A stretch of DNA of 64,000 nt from an uncultured Ignavibacteria bacterium (GCA_964563085.1 CAZLVS010000009.1:14400-78399); one strand, 5' to 3'; counted from the first letter of the stretch, positions 30,033 through 40,977 are shown. Notes: a model not told the origin generated them from the letters alone. Made by a program: numbers and translations.

Positions 30033-33000
30033 ATGTTTAGAGAAATAAGCTCAGAATTTAATTATCCGGAAGCCGAACAAAAGGTAAACGAATATTGGGA
30101 TAAATATAATGTGTTTAATGAATCTCTCGATCGCCGTCGGGGCTGTCCCGAATTCGTATTTTACGAAGGACCGCCGACAGCTAACGGACTACCGGGGATC
30201 CATCATGCCATGGCTCGCATCGTAAAGGATACCATTTGCCGTTACAAGACCATGAAGGGCTTTCGCGTGGAAAGAAAGGCGGGCTGGGATACTCAGGGGC
30301 TTCCGGTTGAACTGGAAGTGGAAAAACGGCTTGGAATTTCCATCAAAGAAAACATTGAAGAGTTCGGGATTGAGAATTTCAACAAAGAATGCCGCGAGTC
30401 TGTTTTTAGATATAAGAAGGAATGGGATGAATTCACGCGCAGGATCGGATTCTGGCTCGATCTCGATGATGCTTACGTAACCTACACCAACGAATACATA
30501 GAATCGGTATGGTGGGCGTTAGCTCGTTTTCACCGCGAAGGTTATCTCTATCAGGGTCACAAGATACTCCCCTGGTGTCCCCGATGCGGCACGGCGCTTT
30601 CTTCGCATGAAGTAGCGCTGGGATATGAGACAGTCGAGGACCCATCGGTTTTTGTTCTCATGGAAATAATTGACAAGCCGGGTGTTTTTTTCCTGGTCTG
30701 GACAACGACTCCCTGGACATTGATATCAAACGTAGCCTTAGCGGTGCATCCCGACTACAAATATGTGGAGGTGGAATCGCGGGGAAATCATTTCATTCTG
30801 GAGCGCACAAGGGCTCACTCAATATTCGGCAGTGACATCAATATCGTAACGGAGTATACCGGCGCCGAGTTGATGGGACTTCATTACAAGCCGTTGTTCG
30901 AATTCATTAAATCCGACAGGAAATCTCATTATGTGGTTACCGCCGATTTCGTCACCACCGAAGAAGGTACCGGAATTGTGCATATTGCACCGGCATTCGG
31001 CGCCGATGACTACGAGCTTTCGGTAAAATACGACCTTCCGGTAGTACAGGCTGTCGACGAAAAGGGTAAGTTTATCCCCGAGGTGACGTCCTGGGCGGGC
31101 AGATTCGTTAAGGACGCCGATCCCGAAATAGTCGAAGACATCAGGAAGCGCAGTCTGCTGTTCAGATCGGAGACCTATTCTCATACCTATCCCTTCTGCT
31201 GGCGATGCGATACACCTTTGTTATATTATGCGAGGCGAAGCTGGTTTATACGCACCACCGGTTTTAAGGATAAGATGATTGAAAACAACAAACAGATAAA
31301 CTGGCAGCCTCCGGAGCTAAGGGATGGACGGTTCGGGGAATGGTTGGAGAATAATATAGATTGGGCTCTGTCCCGTGAACGTTTCTGGGGAACCCCTTTG
31401 CCGATCTGGGTATGTAAAAACTGCGGTAAGGAGCAATCAGTAGGGAGTATCGAGGAACTCAAGGAGCTGGGCGAAAACGTACCCGATGATATCGAGTTAC
31501 ATCGTCCTTATGTAGATCGTGTCGTTATCACCTGTCCCGAATGCGGCGGCGATATGCGCCGCACCCATGAAGTTATCGACGCCTGGTTCGATTCCGGTTC
31601 CATGCCGTTTGCCCAGTATCATTATCCATTCGAGAATAAGGAGAAGTTCGAAAGCAGGTTTCCGGCTGATTTTATCGCCGAGGGGATCGATCAAACCCGC
31701 GGTTGGTTTTATACATTACTGGCAATATCGACTTTCCTGTTTGGCAAATCATCCTATAAGAATATCGTGGTAAACGAGTTGATACTTGACAAGGACGGTC
31801 ATAAGATGAGCAAGTCCAGGGGAAATGTAGTTGATCCCCGTCGGGTTTTATCGGAGATGGGCGCCGATGCCACCCGTTGGTATATGGTGACCACCTCGCA
31901 GGTTTGGCTGCCGACCAAATTCGATATCAATGGCGTCGGAGAGGTTGCTAAGAAGTTTCTCTCAACTCTTAAAAACAGCTATTCATTTTTTGCGCTGTAT
32001 GCAAGTATCGATAAGTTTAATCCTTCCGATGTTAAAGAATCGGAATTGGAACCCACAGTTATCGATAAATGGCTGAAATCGAGACTGATGACGCTGGTTC
32101 GCCAGGTTGACAATCATTATGACAGGTTTGAGATAACCAGAGCTGCCAGATTGATTCAGAATTTCGTTATAGAGGATTTATCCAACTGGTATATCCGTCG
32201 TTGTCGACGAAGATATTGGGGATCGGAACCGACCAAAGATAAAACCACCGCTTATTATTATCTCTGGGACGCTCTGCTGACCACGTGCAAGTTAGCCGCT
32301 CCGGCAGCGCCATTTCTGACCGAGCAAATTTTCTTGAATCTGGTTGAGCCCCTCAAGGACAATAGCAAGATATCGATTCATTTGGAGGATTTCCCGGAAT
32401 CGGATAGTTCGAAGATTGATGCCAAGCTGGAATCGCTGATGGAGAAGGTCAAGGATATTGTCAGTTTAGGTCTTGCGGCGCGTAAGAAAAGCAAAATCAA
32501 AGTGCGGCAGCCCCTATCAAGAATTTTGGTGAAACTCTCCAATACGAAGGGAGACGAGGATTTTTCGCCTCTGCTCAGCCAGATAAAAGAGGAATTGAAT
32601 ATTAAGCAGGTGGAATTCACGGATAACTTCGATTCACTTTCTATATTCGAAGTTAAGCCGAATTTCAGGAGTTTAGGTCCCAAGTTCGGGAGGAAAGTTA
32701 ACCAGGTTTCCCGGGTACTGCAGGATTTATCACCGCAGCAAGCTGCACAATTCAAAGCCGAAGGGTCGGTAAACATCGATCTTGACGGGAAGGAGGTTAC
32801 CGTTAGCGCGGAGGATGTTGATTTTCTAACCAGATACTCCGGCGAATATGAAGTACTGCAGGAAGGTGAGACCGCAATCGCGCTTGAAACCGTCGTAACC
32901 GACGAATTGCGCGACGAAGGTTTTGCCCGGGAAATAGTGAACAAAGTGCAGAACATGCGTAAGACAGCGGATTATAATGTTACTGATAAAATAAGGATTC

Positions 33001-33173
33001 GTTTTTCCGGAAGTGATTTGATAACAGATGCGGTAGAGAAATATAAAAGTTATATTAGTGAAGAGACGCTCGCCGAAGAGATTATTTCAAGTGATGGAAA
33101 GGGTGATTTGGAGAAATCCTGGAATATAAACGGTGAGGATACTGTAATTTCTGTCGAAAAAATTAGTAGTTAG
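30033..33173 (+). CDS. ileS: Isoleucine--tRNA ligase, type II
   Basis: EGPPTANGLPGIHH, GWDTQGLPVE, KMSKS; no C-terminal Zn finger. Confidence 0.97.
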   Translation: MFREISSEFNYPEAEQKVNEYWDKYNVFNESLDRRRGCPEFVFYEGPPTANGLPGIHHAMARIVKDTICRYKTMKGFRVERKAGWDTQGLPVELEVEKRLGISIKENIEEFGIENFNKECRESVFRYKKEWDEFTRRIGFWLDLDDAYVTYTNEYIESVWWALARFHREGYLYQGHKILPWCPRCGTALSSHEVALGYETVEDPSVFVLMEIIDKPGVFFLVWTTTPWTLISNVALAVHPDYKYVEVESRGNHFILERTRAHSIFGSDINIVTEYTGAELMGLHYKPLFEFIKSDRKSHYVVTADFVTTEEGTGIVHIAPAFGADDYELSVKYDLPVVQAVDEKGKFIPEVTSWAGRFVKDADPEIVEDIRKRSLLFRSETYSHTYPFCWRCDTPLLYYARRSWFIRTTGFKDKMIENNKQINWQPPELRDGRFGEWLENNIDWALSRERFWGTPLPIWVCKNCGKEQSVGSIEELKELGENVPDDIELHRPYVDRVVITCPECGGDMRRTHEVIDAWFDSGSMPFAQYHYPFENKEKFESRFPADFIAEGIDQTRGWFYTLLAISTFLFGKSSYKNIVVNELILDKDGHKMSKSRGNVVDPRRVLSEMGADATRWYMVTTSQVWLPTKFDINGVGEVAKKFLSTLKNSYSFFALYASIDKFNPSDVKESELEPTVIDKWLKSRLMTLVRQVDNHYDRFEITRAARLIQNFVIEDLSNWYIRRCRRRYWGSEPTKDKTTAYYYLWDALLTTCKLAAPAAPFLTEQIFLNLVEPLKDNSKISIHLEDFPESDSSKIDAKLESLMEKVKDIVSLGLAARKKSKIKVRQPLSRILVKLSNTKGDEDFSPLLSQIKEELNIKQVEFTDNFDSLSIFEVKPNFRSLGPKFGRKVNQVSRVLQDLSPQQAAQFKAEGSVNIDLDGKEVTVSAEDVDFLTRYSGEYEVLQEGETAIALETVVTDELRDEGFAREIVNKVQNMRKTADYNVTDKIRIRFSGSDLITDAVEKYKSYISEETLAEEIISSDGKGDLEKSWNINGEDTVISVEKISS

Positions 33174-33187
33174 TACGGAGTTGCTAA

Positions 33188-33562
33188 ATGAACAAACGCG
33201 ATTTGGAGAAGTTTGAGAAACTGCTTTTAGAAAAGCGGAAACAGCTTCTCAAGGAGCTGGGATTGCTCAAGGAGTTTTCTTCCGATACTCAGAAAGATAG
33301 CTCGGGCGATCTCTCAAGCCATGCTTATCACATGGCTGATCTGGGAACTGATGCTCAGGAACGGGAAAAGTCTTTCTTGCTCGCTTCCAAATCGGGGCGG
33401 CTGTTGTATCACATTGATGAAGCGCTAAGGAGAATTAGAGACAACGTATATGGAAAGTGCGTGGCTTGCGGAGAAGAGATAGCTCACGCCCGCCTTGAGG
33501 TGGTTCCTCATGCCAGAATGTGTATTAAATGCAAGGAAAAGGAAGAACAGACCAAGAGCTGA
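33188..33562 (+). CDS. dksA: TraR/DksA C4 zinc-finger protein
   Basis: HMADLGTD, YGKCVACGEEI..ARL...PHARMCIKC. Confidence 0.88.
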   Translation: MNKRDLEKFEKLLLEKRKQLLKELGLLKEFSSDTQKDSSGDLSSHAYHMADLGTDAQEREKSFLLASKSGRLLYHIDEALRRIRDNVYGKCVACGEEIAHARLEVVPHARMCIKCKEKEEQTKS

Positions 33563-34167
33563 ACGCCCGGCGTGCCAATAGGATATACATATTAACCGGT
33601 TTGCTTGTTATCCTTTTAGACCAGCTATCAAAGTGGTTGGTCTATTTTTTCATGCAGGAAGGGGAATCGATATCGGTCTTAGGTGATTTCATTTTCCTGA
33701 CCTTTATCTACAATCCCAAGGGCGCTTTTGGCTTCGGATCGGGCGCCGGATCGCTATATATCTTCCTCTCTATTATCGCTATTTTAGTGATTGTTTACTA
33801 TTTCCAGAAAAGTCATCAGATTGAAAGATTCCTCAGGTTTAATCTTTCCCTGATACTGGGCGGCGCATTGGGGAATGTAATAGATAGGGTAGCGCATGGT
33901 AAAGTAATAGATTTCGTAGATGTCGATTTCTTTGATATCAATATAGAACCGTTTTCACTACTCGGTATACAATTCTCGGGCTATCAAATAGACCGCTGGC
34001 CGATATTTAATGTCGCCGACTGCGCGGTTACGATCGGTACAATCGGAGTAATCCTCTACATCATTACACACCCTAATTTTCCGCATCGGCGCGAGGAGTT
34101 AGAAAAATCGGAGTCGGACAGCGATCTTTCGCAGCGGTATTCAGAGGATGAGCAGGAAAATATCTAA
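33529..34167 (+). CDS. lspA: Lipoprotein signal peptidase II (start uncertain)
   Basis: DQLSKW, NPKGAFG, GALGNVIDR..GKVIDF, FNVAD. Confidence 0.93.
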   Translation: MQGKGRTDQELNARRANRIYILTGLLVILLDQLSKWLVYFFMQEGESISVLGDFIFLTFIYNPKGAFGFGSGAGSLYIFLSIIAILVIVYYFQKSHQIERFLRFNLSLILGGALGNVIDRVAHGKVIDFVDVDFFDINIEPFSLLGIQFSGYQIDRWPIFNVADCAVTIGTIGVILYIITHPNFPHRREELEKSESDSDLSQRYSEDEQENI

Positions 34168-35125
34168 AAAGATCGATACCAGGGCAGCAGGTCAGCGTCT
34201 TGACCTTTACTGCACGCAGCTGATAAATGATATCTCACGAAGCAGAATAAAGAACCTGATTGATCATGGAAAGATACTGATTAATGGACAACCGGTGAAA
34301 GCGGGCTATATTCTTAAGGGGAGTGATATACTGGATCTGACAATCCCGCCTCCCGCCGAATCCGAGATCAAACCGGAGAACATTCCGTTAAACATCGTTT
34401 TTCAGGACAGGGATATGCTGGTGGTGGATAAACCTGCGGGTATGGTAGTACATCCGGCTGCGGGCAATTATACGGGTACCCTGGTCAATGCCTTATTATA
34501 TCACATTAGAGATTTATCGGGCATCGGAGGCGAAATTAAGCCGGGGATAGTTCACAGGCTGGACAAGGATACATCCGGATTGTTACTGATAGCCAAAACC
34601 GACCAGGCGCATGCGCAGCTTTCCGAACAGATCAAGAATAAAACAGTCAAGAGGTTGTACAAAACGATAGTGATCGGCGACCTGCCGCAAGACGAGGGCG
34701 ATCTGCGATTTCCTATCGGCAGAAGTAGCAGTGATCGCACCAAAATGGCCGTTACGCATAAAGGAAGCCGTGATGCTCATACTCAGTATAATGTAATCGA
34801 GCGATTCGGCAGATATACATTTACGGAAATGCGTTTGCAAACCGGTCGTACACACCAGATAAGGGTGCATCTTTCCCATAGCGGTTACCCGGTATTAGGC
34901 GATCCGGACTACGGCGGAAGAGAACAGCCTCAGGGTATTCTGGATAAACGGGAGCTTGATCTATGGCGTAAACTGATGAAGACTCTAAAGCGGCAGGCTT
35001 TGCATGCATACCATCTTACATTCGAACATCCTAAAAACGGCGAAGGCACAACTTTCGAATCCTCGCTTCCGGACGACTTTCAGGAAGCAATAAACACAAT
35101 CCGCAAGTTTTACATCTCCCGATAG
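34148..35125 (+). CDS. rluD: RluA/RluD-family pseudouridine synthase
   Basis: S4 domain, KPAGMVVHP, HRLDKDTSG, TGRTHQIRVH. Confidence 0.92.
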   Translation: MSRKISKKIDTRAAGQRLDLYCTQLINDISRSRIKNLIDHGKILINGQPVKAGYILKGSDILDLTIPPPAESEIKPENIPLNIVFQDRDMLVVDKPAGMVVHPAAGNYTGTLVNALLYHIRDLSGIGGEIKPGIVHRLDKDTSGLLLIAKTDQAHAQLSEQIKNKTVKRLYKTIVIGDLPQDEGDLRFPIGRSSSDRTKMAVTHKGSRDAHTQYNVIERFGRYTFTEMRLQTGRTHQIRVHLSHSGYPVLGDPDYGGREQPQGILDKRELDLWRKLMKTLKRQALHAYHLTFEHPKNGEGTTFESSLPDDFQEAINTIRKFYISR

Positions 35126-35203
35126 GTCAAGTTGCTTGTAGTCTTGACATCTCGAAGCGGTGCGGCGGGTTAAATAATGCAGATGGATACAAAATATGTT
35201 TAT

Positions 35204-35262
35204 CCCGGATAATTCGTGAGAAGAATTTAATCGTAGCCGAAGGCTTGCCCTTCGGGAGTTTA
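35204..35262. repeat. Half copy of MITE/PATE-like element between convergent genes
   Basis: CCCGGATAATTC...GTAGCCGAAGGCTTGCCCTTCGGGAG. Confidence 0.7.
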
Positions 35263-37404
35263 ATCCGGACGCACTACACGGAGTAATTCCTCTACCGAGG
35301 TTATCCCGTTTCTCACCTTCAGTGCTCCGTCCTCAAACAGAGTTTTCATTCCATCCTTGCGCGCTTGAATGCGCAGTTCGTCGGAGGATGCCTTTCTATC
35401 GATAAGCGGTTTTATTTCCTCGGACAATATCAGAAGCTCGTGCACTCCCATCCGTCCTTTATAGCCGGTGTCGTTACATAAAGGGCAGCCGCGCTTTCTG
35501 AACAAAGTAATTCCGGATTCTTCAATCCCGAGTAAATTCAGTTCTTCTTCGGAGGGTTCATATTCTTCTTTGCATTTACACAATTTTCGCGCCAACCGTT
35601 GGGATACGACCATTAAGAGTGAAGAAGAAATCAGAAACGGCTGAATTCCCATGTCGATGAAGCGGGTTACCGTTCCCGGCGCGTCATTGGTATGCAATGT
35701 GGAAAACATCAGGTGACCTGTCAGAGCGGCTTCGATAGCGATCTCCGCGGTCTCCAGATCACGAATCTCCCCAACCATAATAATGTCGGGGTCCTGCCTT
35801 AGATAACACCGGAGGGCTCTGGCGAAGGTCAGTCCGATCTCAGGGAGCATCTGCATCTGATTGATTCCAACAAGCATATACTCTACCGGGTCTTCTGCGG
35901 TTTGTATATTAACCTCCGGTTCGTTTATATGGTTAAGGGCGGCATATAATGCAGTGGTCTTGCCCGAACCGGTAGGACCGCAGTGCAATATCATCCCGTA
36001 AGGTTTTTTTATCAGATCACGATATATCTTGAGATTGTACTCCGAATAGCCCATCTGTTCCAGTGCGACCATGGCGGCTGATTTGTCTAATATTCTCATC
36101 ACAACCTTCTCGCCGAATGCCATGGGACCGGTAGCGACTCTGAGATCGATATCGATATCTTTGGAGTTATAGTTTTTGAATTTTATTCTTCCGTCCTGGG
36201 GCAGCCGTCTTTCGGAGATATCGAGGCTGGACATGATCTTAAGACGGGAGATAAGGGCGTTAATAGTCTTCGGCGGCAGGGAAAATGTCTCGTGGAGGAC
36301 GCCGTCTATCCTGTAGCGAACCTTGACCTCCTTTTCAAACGGCTCGATATGGATATCGGAGGCTCCTTTATCATAAGCATCCTCGATAATTCGCGACGCT
36401 AATTGAACGATCGGGGCTGATGATTCGGTTACTTCTTCCTGAATATCTATCGATTCGGCGTTGGAATCGTATTCCTTGCCGACCTCGGCAACCGTCTCGG
36501 ATATCTGCGCATCCATTTTAAATGCGGATTTAATTGCCCTGGCAATCGATTTCTCCGTTGAGACCAGGACTTTTCCGATCTTAAGCTTGGTGGCGAATTT
36601 GAATTTATCCATAAGCGCATAATCGAGAGGATCGGAAACCGCGATAGCAACCCTTCCTGTATCATCCCTTTCGACCGGATAAATATTGAGCCTTTTGAGG
36701 GTTTTCTCGCCGATGGATTCAAGCAGCTCGGGGTCGCTTGCCACGTGATGCTCCAGATCGATATATTCGGTATTCGCAAGTTGCGCCAGATACTGACCGG
36801 CTTCGGTATCGGTTATGGTTTCATGTTCGCTGAAAGCCGTCTTCATTATGCGCGCGGCATAATCCGCTACTTGCTGCAGCAGCTTGAGATCAGTTTCATT
36901 AAATTGGTCTCTGCCGGAGTCGGGAATTCTATTCACAACCTGAACCGCGCCTATGACATTTCCGCTCTTTAACGGAGCGGTTATCATGGTGTAGGTTTTA
37001 AATCCGGTTTCATGGTCGACTTCCGGATTGAAATCAGGATCATTCTGGGCGTCAACGGTGAGTATCGGTTCTCCGGTTTCGATTACCCTGCCTACCACGC
37101 CTCTACCCTTTTCGAGCGGAAGCGATTTTAGCTTCCCTGCTGTCTTTTTAGCTATCGCTTTGTAGCTCTCCCCACATTTTTCCATCTCTGGTGTGTAATA
37201 AACATAATTGAACCGGATATGATTGGTTTCATCCAGCAAATAGATAGTGATCGCCACTCCGTGTACCGCCGCCAGCGCTTTCTTGCAGGTCACTTCCAGC
37301 ACGGAATCGAGCTCCTGCGGAGATAGCTGTCGATTGGATAGCAAAGCTCTAAGCAGCGAGCTTAATACCGATGATGATTTTGCATCCTTTATTGCTTGAA
37401 CCAT
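35260..37404 (-). CDS. GAF-domain-fused PilB/GspE-family secretion ATPase
   Basis: N-terminal GAF (GRGVVGRVIETGEP...DPDFNPEVD..TGFKT.TMITAPL); GASDIHIEP, GPTGSGKTT, AEDPVEY, LRQDPD, GEIRD, STLHTN, Cys tetrad. Confidence 0.9.
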   Translation of the reverse strand: MVQAIKDAKSSSVLSSLLRALLSNRQLSPQELDSVLEVTCKKALAAVHGVAITIYLLDETNHIRFNYVYYTPEMEKCGESYKAIAKKTAGKLKSLPLEKGRGVVGRVIETGEPILTVDAQNDPDFNPEVDHETGFKTYTMITAPLKSGNVIGAVQVVNRIPDSGRDQFNETDLKLLQQVADYAARIMKTAFSEHETITDTEAGQYLAQLANTEYIDLEHHVASDPELLESIGEKTLKRLNIYPVERDDTGRVAIAVSDPLDYALMDKFKFATKLKIGKVLVSTEKSIARAIKSAFKMDAQISETVAEVGKEYDSNAESIDIQEEVTESSAPIVQLASRIIEDAYDKGASDIHIEPFEKEVKVRYRIDGVLHETFSLPPKTINALISRLKIMSSLDISERRLPQDGRIKFKNYNSKDIDIDLRVATGPMAFGEKVVMRILDKSAAMVALEQMGYSEYNLKIYRDLIKKPYGMILHCGPTGSGKTTALYAALNHINEPEVNIQTAEDPVEYMLVGINQMQMLPEIGLTFARALRCYLRQDPDIIMVGEIRDLETAEIAIEAALTGHLMFSTLHTNDAPGTVTRFIDMGIQPFLISSSLLMVVSQRLARKLCKCKEEYEPSEEELNLLGIEESGITLFRKRGCPLCNDTGYKGRMGVHELLILSEEIKPLIDRKASSDELRIQARKDGMKTLFEDGALKVRNGITSVEELLRVVRPD

Positions 37405-37465
37405 GAATACCCCGCCCTTATTTACAATATTGATATTTGATAGTCGAAATCACGAGGATTCCGAC

Positions 37466-38224
37466 TTATTGCTCCTTAGTTGCCCAATACATTAACACTG
37501 CGCCTGCCGCTGCGACATTAAGAGAATCTACGTCACCGGCAATCGGAATCTTAACTTTGATATCCGCTATTCGGTTTACATCGTACCTCACGCCGCGCGG
37601 TTCATTGCCGAGAATAAGCACAGATTTCTCCGGACACTTGTATTCATTTATAGGGAACCCACCCTGCAAATCGGTCGATATCAAGCTGAACCCGAGGTTC
37701 TGGAGTTTCTCAAGCTGTTTGATATCAACACCTTGAGCGACTTTGGTTTGAAAAGCATAGCCTGCGGTAGATCGAAGCAGTTTTGGATTGTACAGCTCGC
37801 AGCTATCAGGGGAAAACAACACCCCTCCCATACCGAACGCGCAGGCGTTTCGGATCAATGTTCCGGCATTGCCCGGATCGGAAACATCATCCAGATATAA
37901 TAGCTTGTCGGATGAGCTGATTTCGTCGAAAGGTGAATCCAGCAGCGACATCAAACCGATTATTCCCGGCGGCGTGGTTACATCGGATAGTTTCCTCATT
38001 TGAGGGGCTGTTAAAAATGTTGTTTTTATATCTATATTGTTAACCAATGCGTCCAAATTCCTGGTTCCGAAATCCACAGAATAAAACAGTTCTTTTGGAA
38101 TGCACCGATTCTCGATAGCCGCTCGTATCAGATTAACGCCCTCGATGAGAAACTGTCCCTCTTTCTGACGATATTTCTTTTGCTTCAATGAAGTCAGGTA
38201 TTTTAATCTCGCGTTACTAATCAT
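37466..38224 (-). CDS. TrmH/SpoU-family RNA methyltransferase
   Basis: FLIEG, DPGNAGTLIR, LGNEPRG, SLNVAAA. Confidence 0.92.
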   Translation of the reverse strand: MISNARLKYLTSLKQKKYRQKEGQFLIEGVNLIRAAIENRCIPKELFYSVDFGTRNLDALVNNIDIKTTFLTAPQMRKLSDVTTPPGIIGLMSLLDSPFDEISSSDKLLYLDDVSDPGNAGTLIRNACAFGMGGVLFSPDSCELYNPKLLRSTAGYAFQTKVAQGVDIKQLEKLQNLGFSLISTDLQGGFPINEYKCPEKSVLILGNEPRGVRYDVNRIADIKVKIPIAGDVDSLNVAAAGAVLMYWATKEQ

Positions 38225-38288
38225 ATAAATAATCTCGGCAAATTATCGATTGATTTTTACTACCGAAAGAGCTTAATTTATTCCAACT

Positions 38289-40946
38289 ATGAGAAGAAAG
38301 CAATTGTTTCGGTTAATACGGAAATGTTTTAAATATATTAATTTTCTTGTCCTTTGCGGTGTTTTTATTCTTCTTTTCTATGGCACTGTAATCTGCGGTG
38401 AGATTGAGAATCCCGATTTTGGCGATAATCCGGCTATTGATTTAATTCCGATTATCTACCCAAAACCGAGCGGAATGGGACTGGCGCTTTCCGGCGGAGG
38501 GGCTCAGGGATTTGCCCAGATCGGCGTATTGAAAGCGCTTGAAGAGAATAATATCCCGATCTCACACATAGCAGGAACCAGTATCGGAGCTGTTATAGGC
38601 GGATTGTACGCTTCGGGTTATTCCGCTGTTGACCTGCAGAGGATGGCTGAAGCGACTGACTGGCAGAGTCTTTTTTCCAATAATCCAAACAGGTTAAAGC
38701 TCTTTCTTACTCAAAGGCAGGCTCGGGAGAAACATCTACTGGAAATCAGATTCGACGGCTTAACGCCCTATATCCCTCAGGCATTTACCAGCGGACAGCG
38801 GATGACGAGCTTTTTATATGATATTACCGTGAATTCCCGCTACGGAGCCGGGGCGGATTTCGACCAATTGCGAATCCCTTTCCGGGCTGTTGCAACCGAT
38901 TTAGTTACCGGAGAGACGATTATACTGTCCTCCGGAGATCTCGCCGAAGCTATGCGGGCGTCGGTCTCCGTACCGTTGGCATTCAGTCCGGTCGAGTATG
39001 ATCATACGCTATTAGTTGATGGGGGATTAACGGAGCCTATACCGGTTAACGTAGTGAGGGGGATGGGGGCTGCTGCGGTGATTGCGGTGAATACCGTTTC
39101 GCAGCTTAACCCTAAGGATAAACTGAATTCGCCATTCGATATTGCCAATCAGGCGACAAGTATTATGGTTAAGGAGAAAACCGCGGAGCTGCTGGAGCAA
39201 GCTGACCTTGTAATAAACCCTGACCTTTCCAACTTCGCTAATACTGAGTTTACCGATGTCCCTGCAATAATTGAAGCCGGGGAAAAGGCTGCTTATGCCA
39301 AACTGCCCGAGATCAGGAATCTTCTTGGGGATAATCAAGCTCAAGACAGCGAGCCCCTTTTTGTCAGCAATATCAATATCTCGTTGGGCGATAATGCAAA
39401 CTTACCGGAACATATCAGCGCCATAACCGAAAAGTATCAACACCGCGATATAACGTTTGGCTCACTAACTGCATTAAAGGAAGAAATCTGGGGCTGTGGC
39501 GATTATATATCGGTGGATGCTCGAATTGAAACATTAGCGGGTAACGCGGCAGTTGAATTGGTTTTAATTCTCTCTCCAATAATTAGCGAGGTGCGAATTT
39601 TAGGGAATACCGTATTCTCGTCGGATATTTTAAGGAAGTACCTTCAAGTTGATGAAGACAATAAGCTGGATGTATCCGAGTTGCGGCGCGGATTGCTGAA
39701 TATTGAGAATCTTTATCGTAATTCACATTACCCGTTGATTAAGTTCAATCGAATCGGAGTCAACACGAAATCGGGTATTCTTACCATCGAAATTGATGAG
39801 GGATTGATATCGGATTTAGAAATAATAGGCTCCGGTATTACCCGATCCTGGTTGATTCACAGGGATTTCCCTGATGTGGTCGGCAGACCGTATAATTCCA
39901 AGGATATCGATGCAGGAGTGGAAAAGCTATATAGCACCGGTTTATTTGACTACGTAAGCACCAATATCGCCAGCCATTTCAATGGGTACTATACTCTAAG
40001 ATTGAAAATCCGTGAAAAGCATCCGGTTGCGGCCAGATTCGGCGCAAGATATGATAATGAGTATAACTTGCAGGGACTGATGGAGTTAGGTAATTACAAT
40101 ATCGCCGGGACCGGTAAGGAGGTTATCGTGCGCGGTATAATAGGCGATAGAGAACAAAAACTCCGTTCCGAGTTCCGCGCCGACAGATTCTTTAAAACCA
40201 TGATCACGTTCTCTATTTTCGCTGAGTTCGGCAGTAAAGAAATGGATCTGTATTTCGATCATCGACCGAGAGAGCAATACACAAAGGATAACATTGCGGC
40301 GGGTTTTAGGATAGGTCAGCAGATTTCGCGACTGGGTACAGCTTCTCTGGAAGTCCGCGCGGAGGATATCACCGAGGAGTTCCCCGACAATAATGAATTG
40401 AATAGCGATATACGCAGTATAATCCTTCGCTCTATTGTTGATACTAAGAACAAGAATGTACTGCCTGAAACCGGCAAATACCATCATTCTTACCTGGAAA
40501 TTGCCAATGACGTCCTGGGCGGTCAAGAGGTTTACAGCAAATTTTATATCTCTTTGGAATCTTATTATCCGTTTCCCTGGGGATTTATTTTTCATCCTCA
40601 CGGCGCCCTTGGAATCTCAATAAACGGTCTACCTCATCCGGAGAAATTCCGTTTGGGGGAACCCGATGGATTTGCCGGATATTACAGCAATGAAGTTCTT
40701 GGCGATAACATGTTTTTCTACTTTTTAAAAATCCGTAAATCTCTGTATCGCAATTACTATTTGTATTTCAGATATGATACCGGCGATGTTTTCGATAATC
40801 GCAAGGAAGTGAAACTAACCCAGCTTCGGCATGGATTTATGATCGGATTGGTGGTCAACACCTTCCTCGGTCCCCTTGATATCAACTACGGCATTCACGA
40901 AGAGGATATCGATAGGTTTTCTCTATCCTGGGGATATGAGTTTTAG
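38289..40946 (+). CDS. Patatin-like phospholipase-POTRA-Omp85 barrel fusion (PlpD/type Vd-like)
   Basis: GGGAQG, GTSIG, DGG; POTRA-like segments; barrel ending LSWGYEF. Confidence 0.88.
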   Translation: MRRKQLFRLIRKCFKYINFLVLCGVFILLFYGTVICGEIENPDFGDNPAIDLIPIIYPKPSGMGLALSGGGAQGFAQIGVLKALEENNIPISHIAGTSIGAVIGGLYASGYSAVDLQRMAEATDWQSLFSNNPNRLKLFLTQRQAREKHLLEIRFDGLTPYIPQAFTSGQRMTSFLYDITVNSRYGAGADFDQLRIPFRAVATDLVTGETIILSSGDLAEAMRASVSVPLAFSPVEYDHTLLVDGGLTEPIPVNVVRGMGAAAVIAVNTVSQLNPKDKLNSPFDIANQATSIMVKEKTAELLEQADLVINPDLSNFANTEFTDVPAIIEAGEKAAYAKLPEIRNLLGDNQAQDSEPLFVSNINISLGDNANLPEHISAITEKYQHRDITFGSLTALKEEIWGCGDYISVDARIETLAGNAAVELVLILSPIISEVRILGNTVFSSDILRKYLQVDEDNKLDVSELRRGLLNIENLYRNSHYPLIKFNRIGVNTKSGILTIEIDEGLISDLEIIGSGITRSWLIHRDFPDVVGRPYNSKDIDAGVEKLYSTGLFDYVSTNIASHFNGYYTLRLKIREKHPVAARFGARYDNEYNLQGLMELGNYNIAGTGKEVIVRGIIGDREQKLRSEFRADRFFKTMITFSIFAEFGSKEMDLYFDHRPREQYTKDNIAAGFRIGQQISRLGTASLEVRAEDITEEFPDNNELNSDIRSIILRSIVDTKNKNVLPETGKYHHSYLEIANDVLGGQEVYSKFYISLESYYPFPWGFIFHPHGALGISINGLPHPEKFRLGEPDGFAGYYSNEVLGDNMFFYFLKIRKSLYRNYYLYFRYDTGDVFDNRKEVKLTQLRHGFMIGLVVNTFLGPLDINYGIHEEDIDRFSLSWGYEF

Positions 40947-40949
40947 CTG

Positions 40950-40975
40950 GAGGGATGCGCTCTGTCGCATTCCTC
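40950..40975. terminator. Hairpin between convergent genes
   Basis: GAGGGATGCG-CTCTGT-CGCATTCCTC; no clear U-tract. Confidence 0.45.
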
Positions 40976-40977
40976 GG

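Noticed and set aside
33188-33562. dksA-like gene within the ileS-lspA operon as a novelty
   Set aside because: This arrangement is a known conserved housekeeping cluster.
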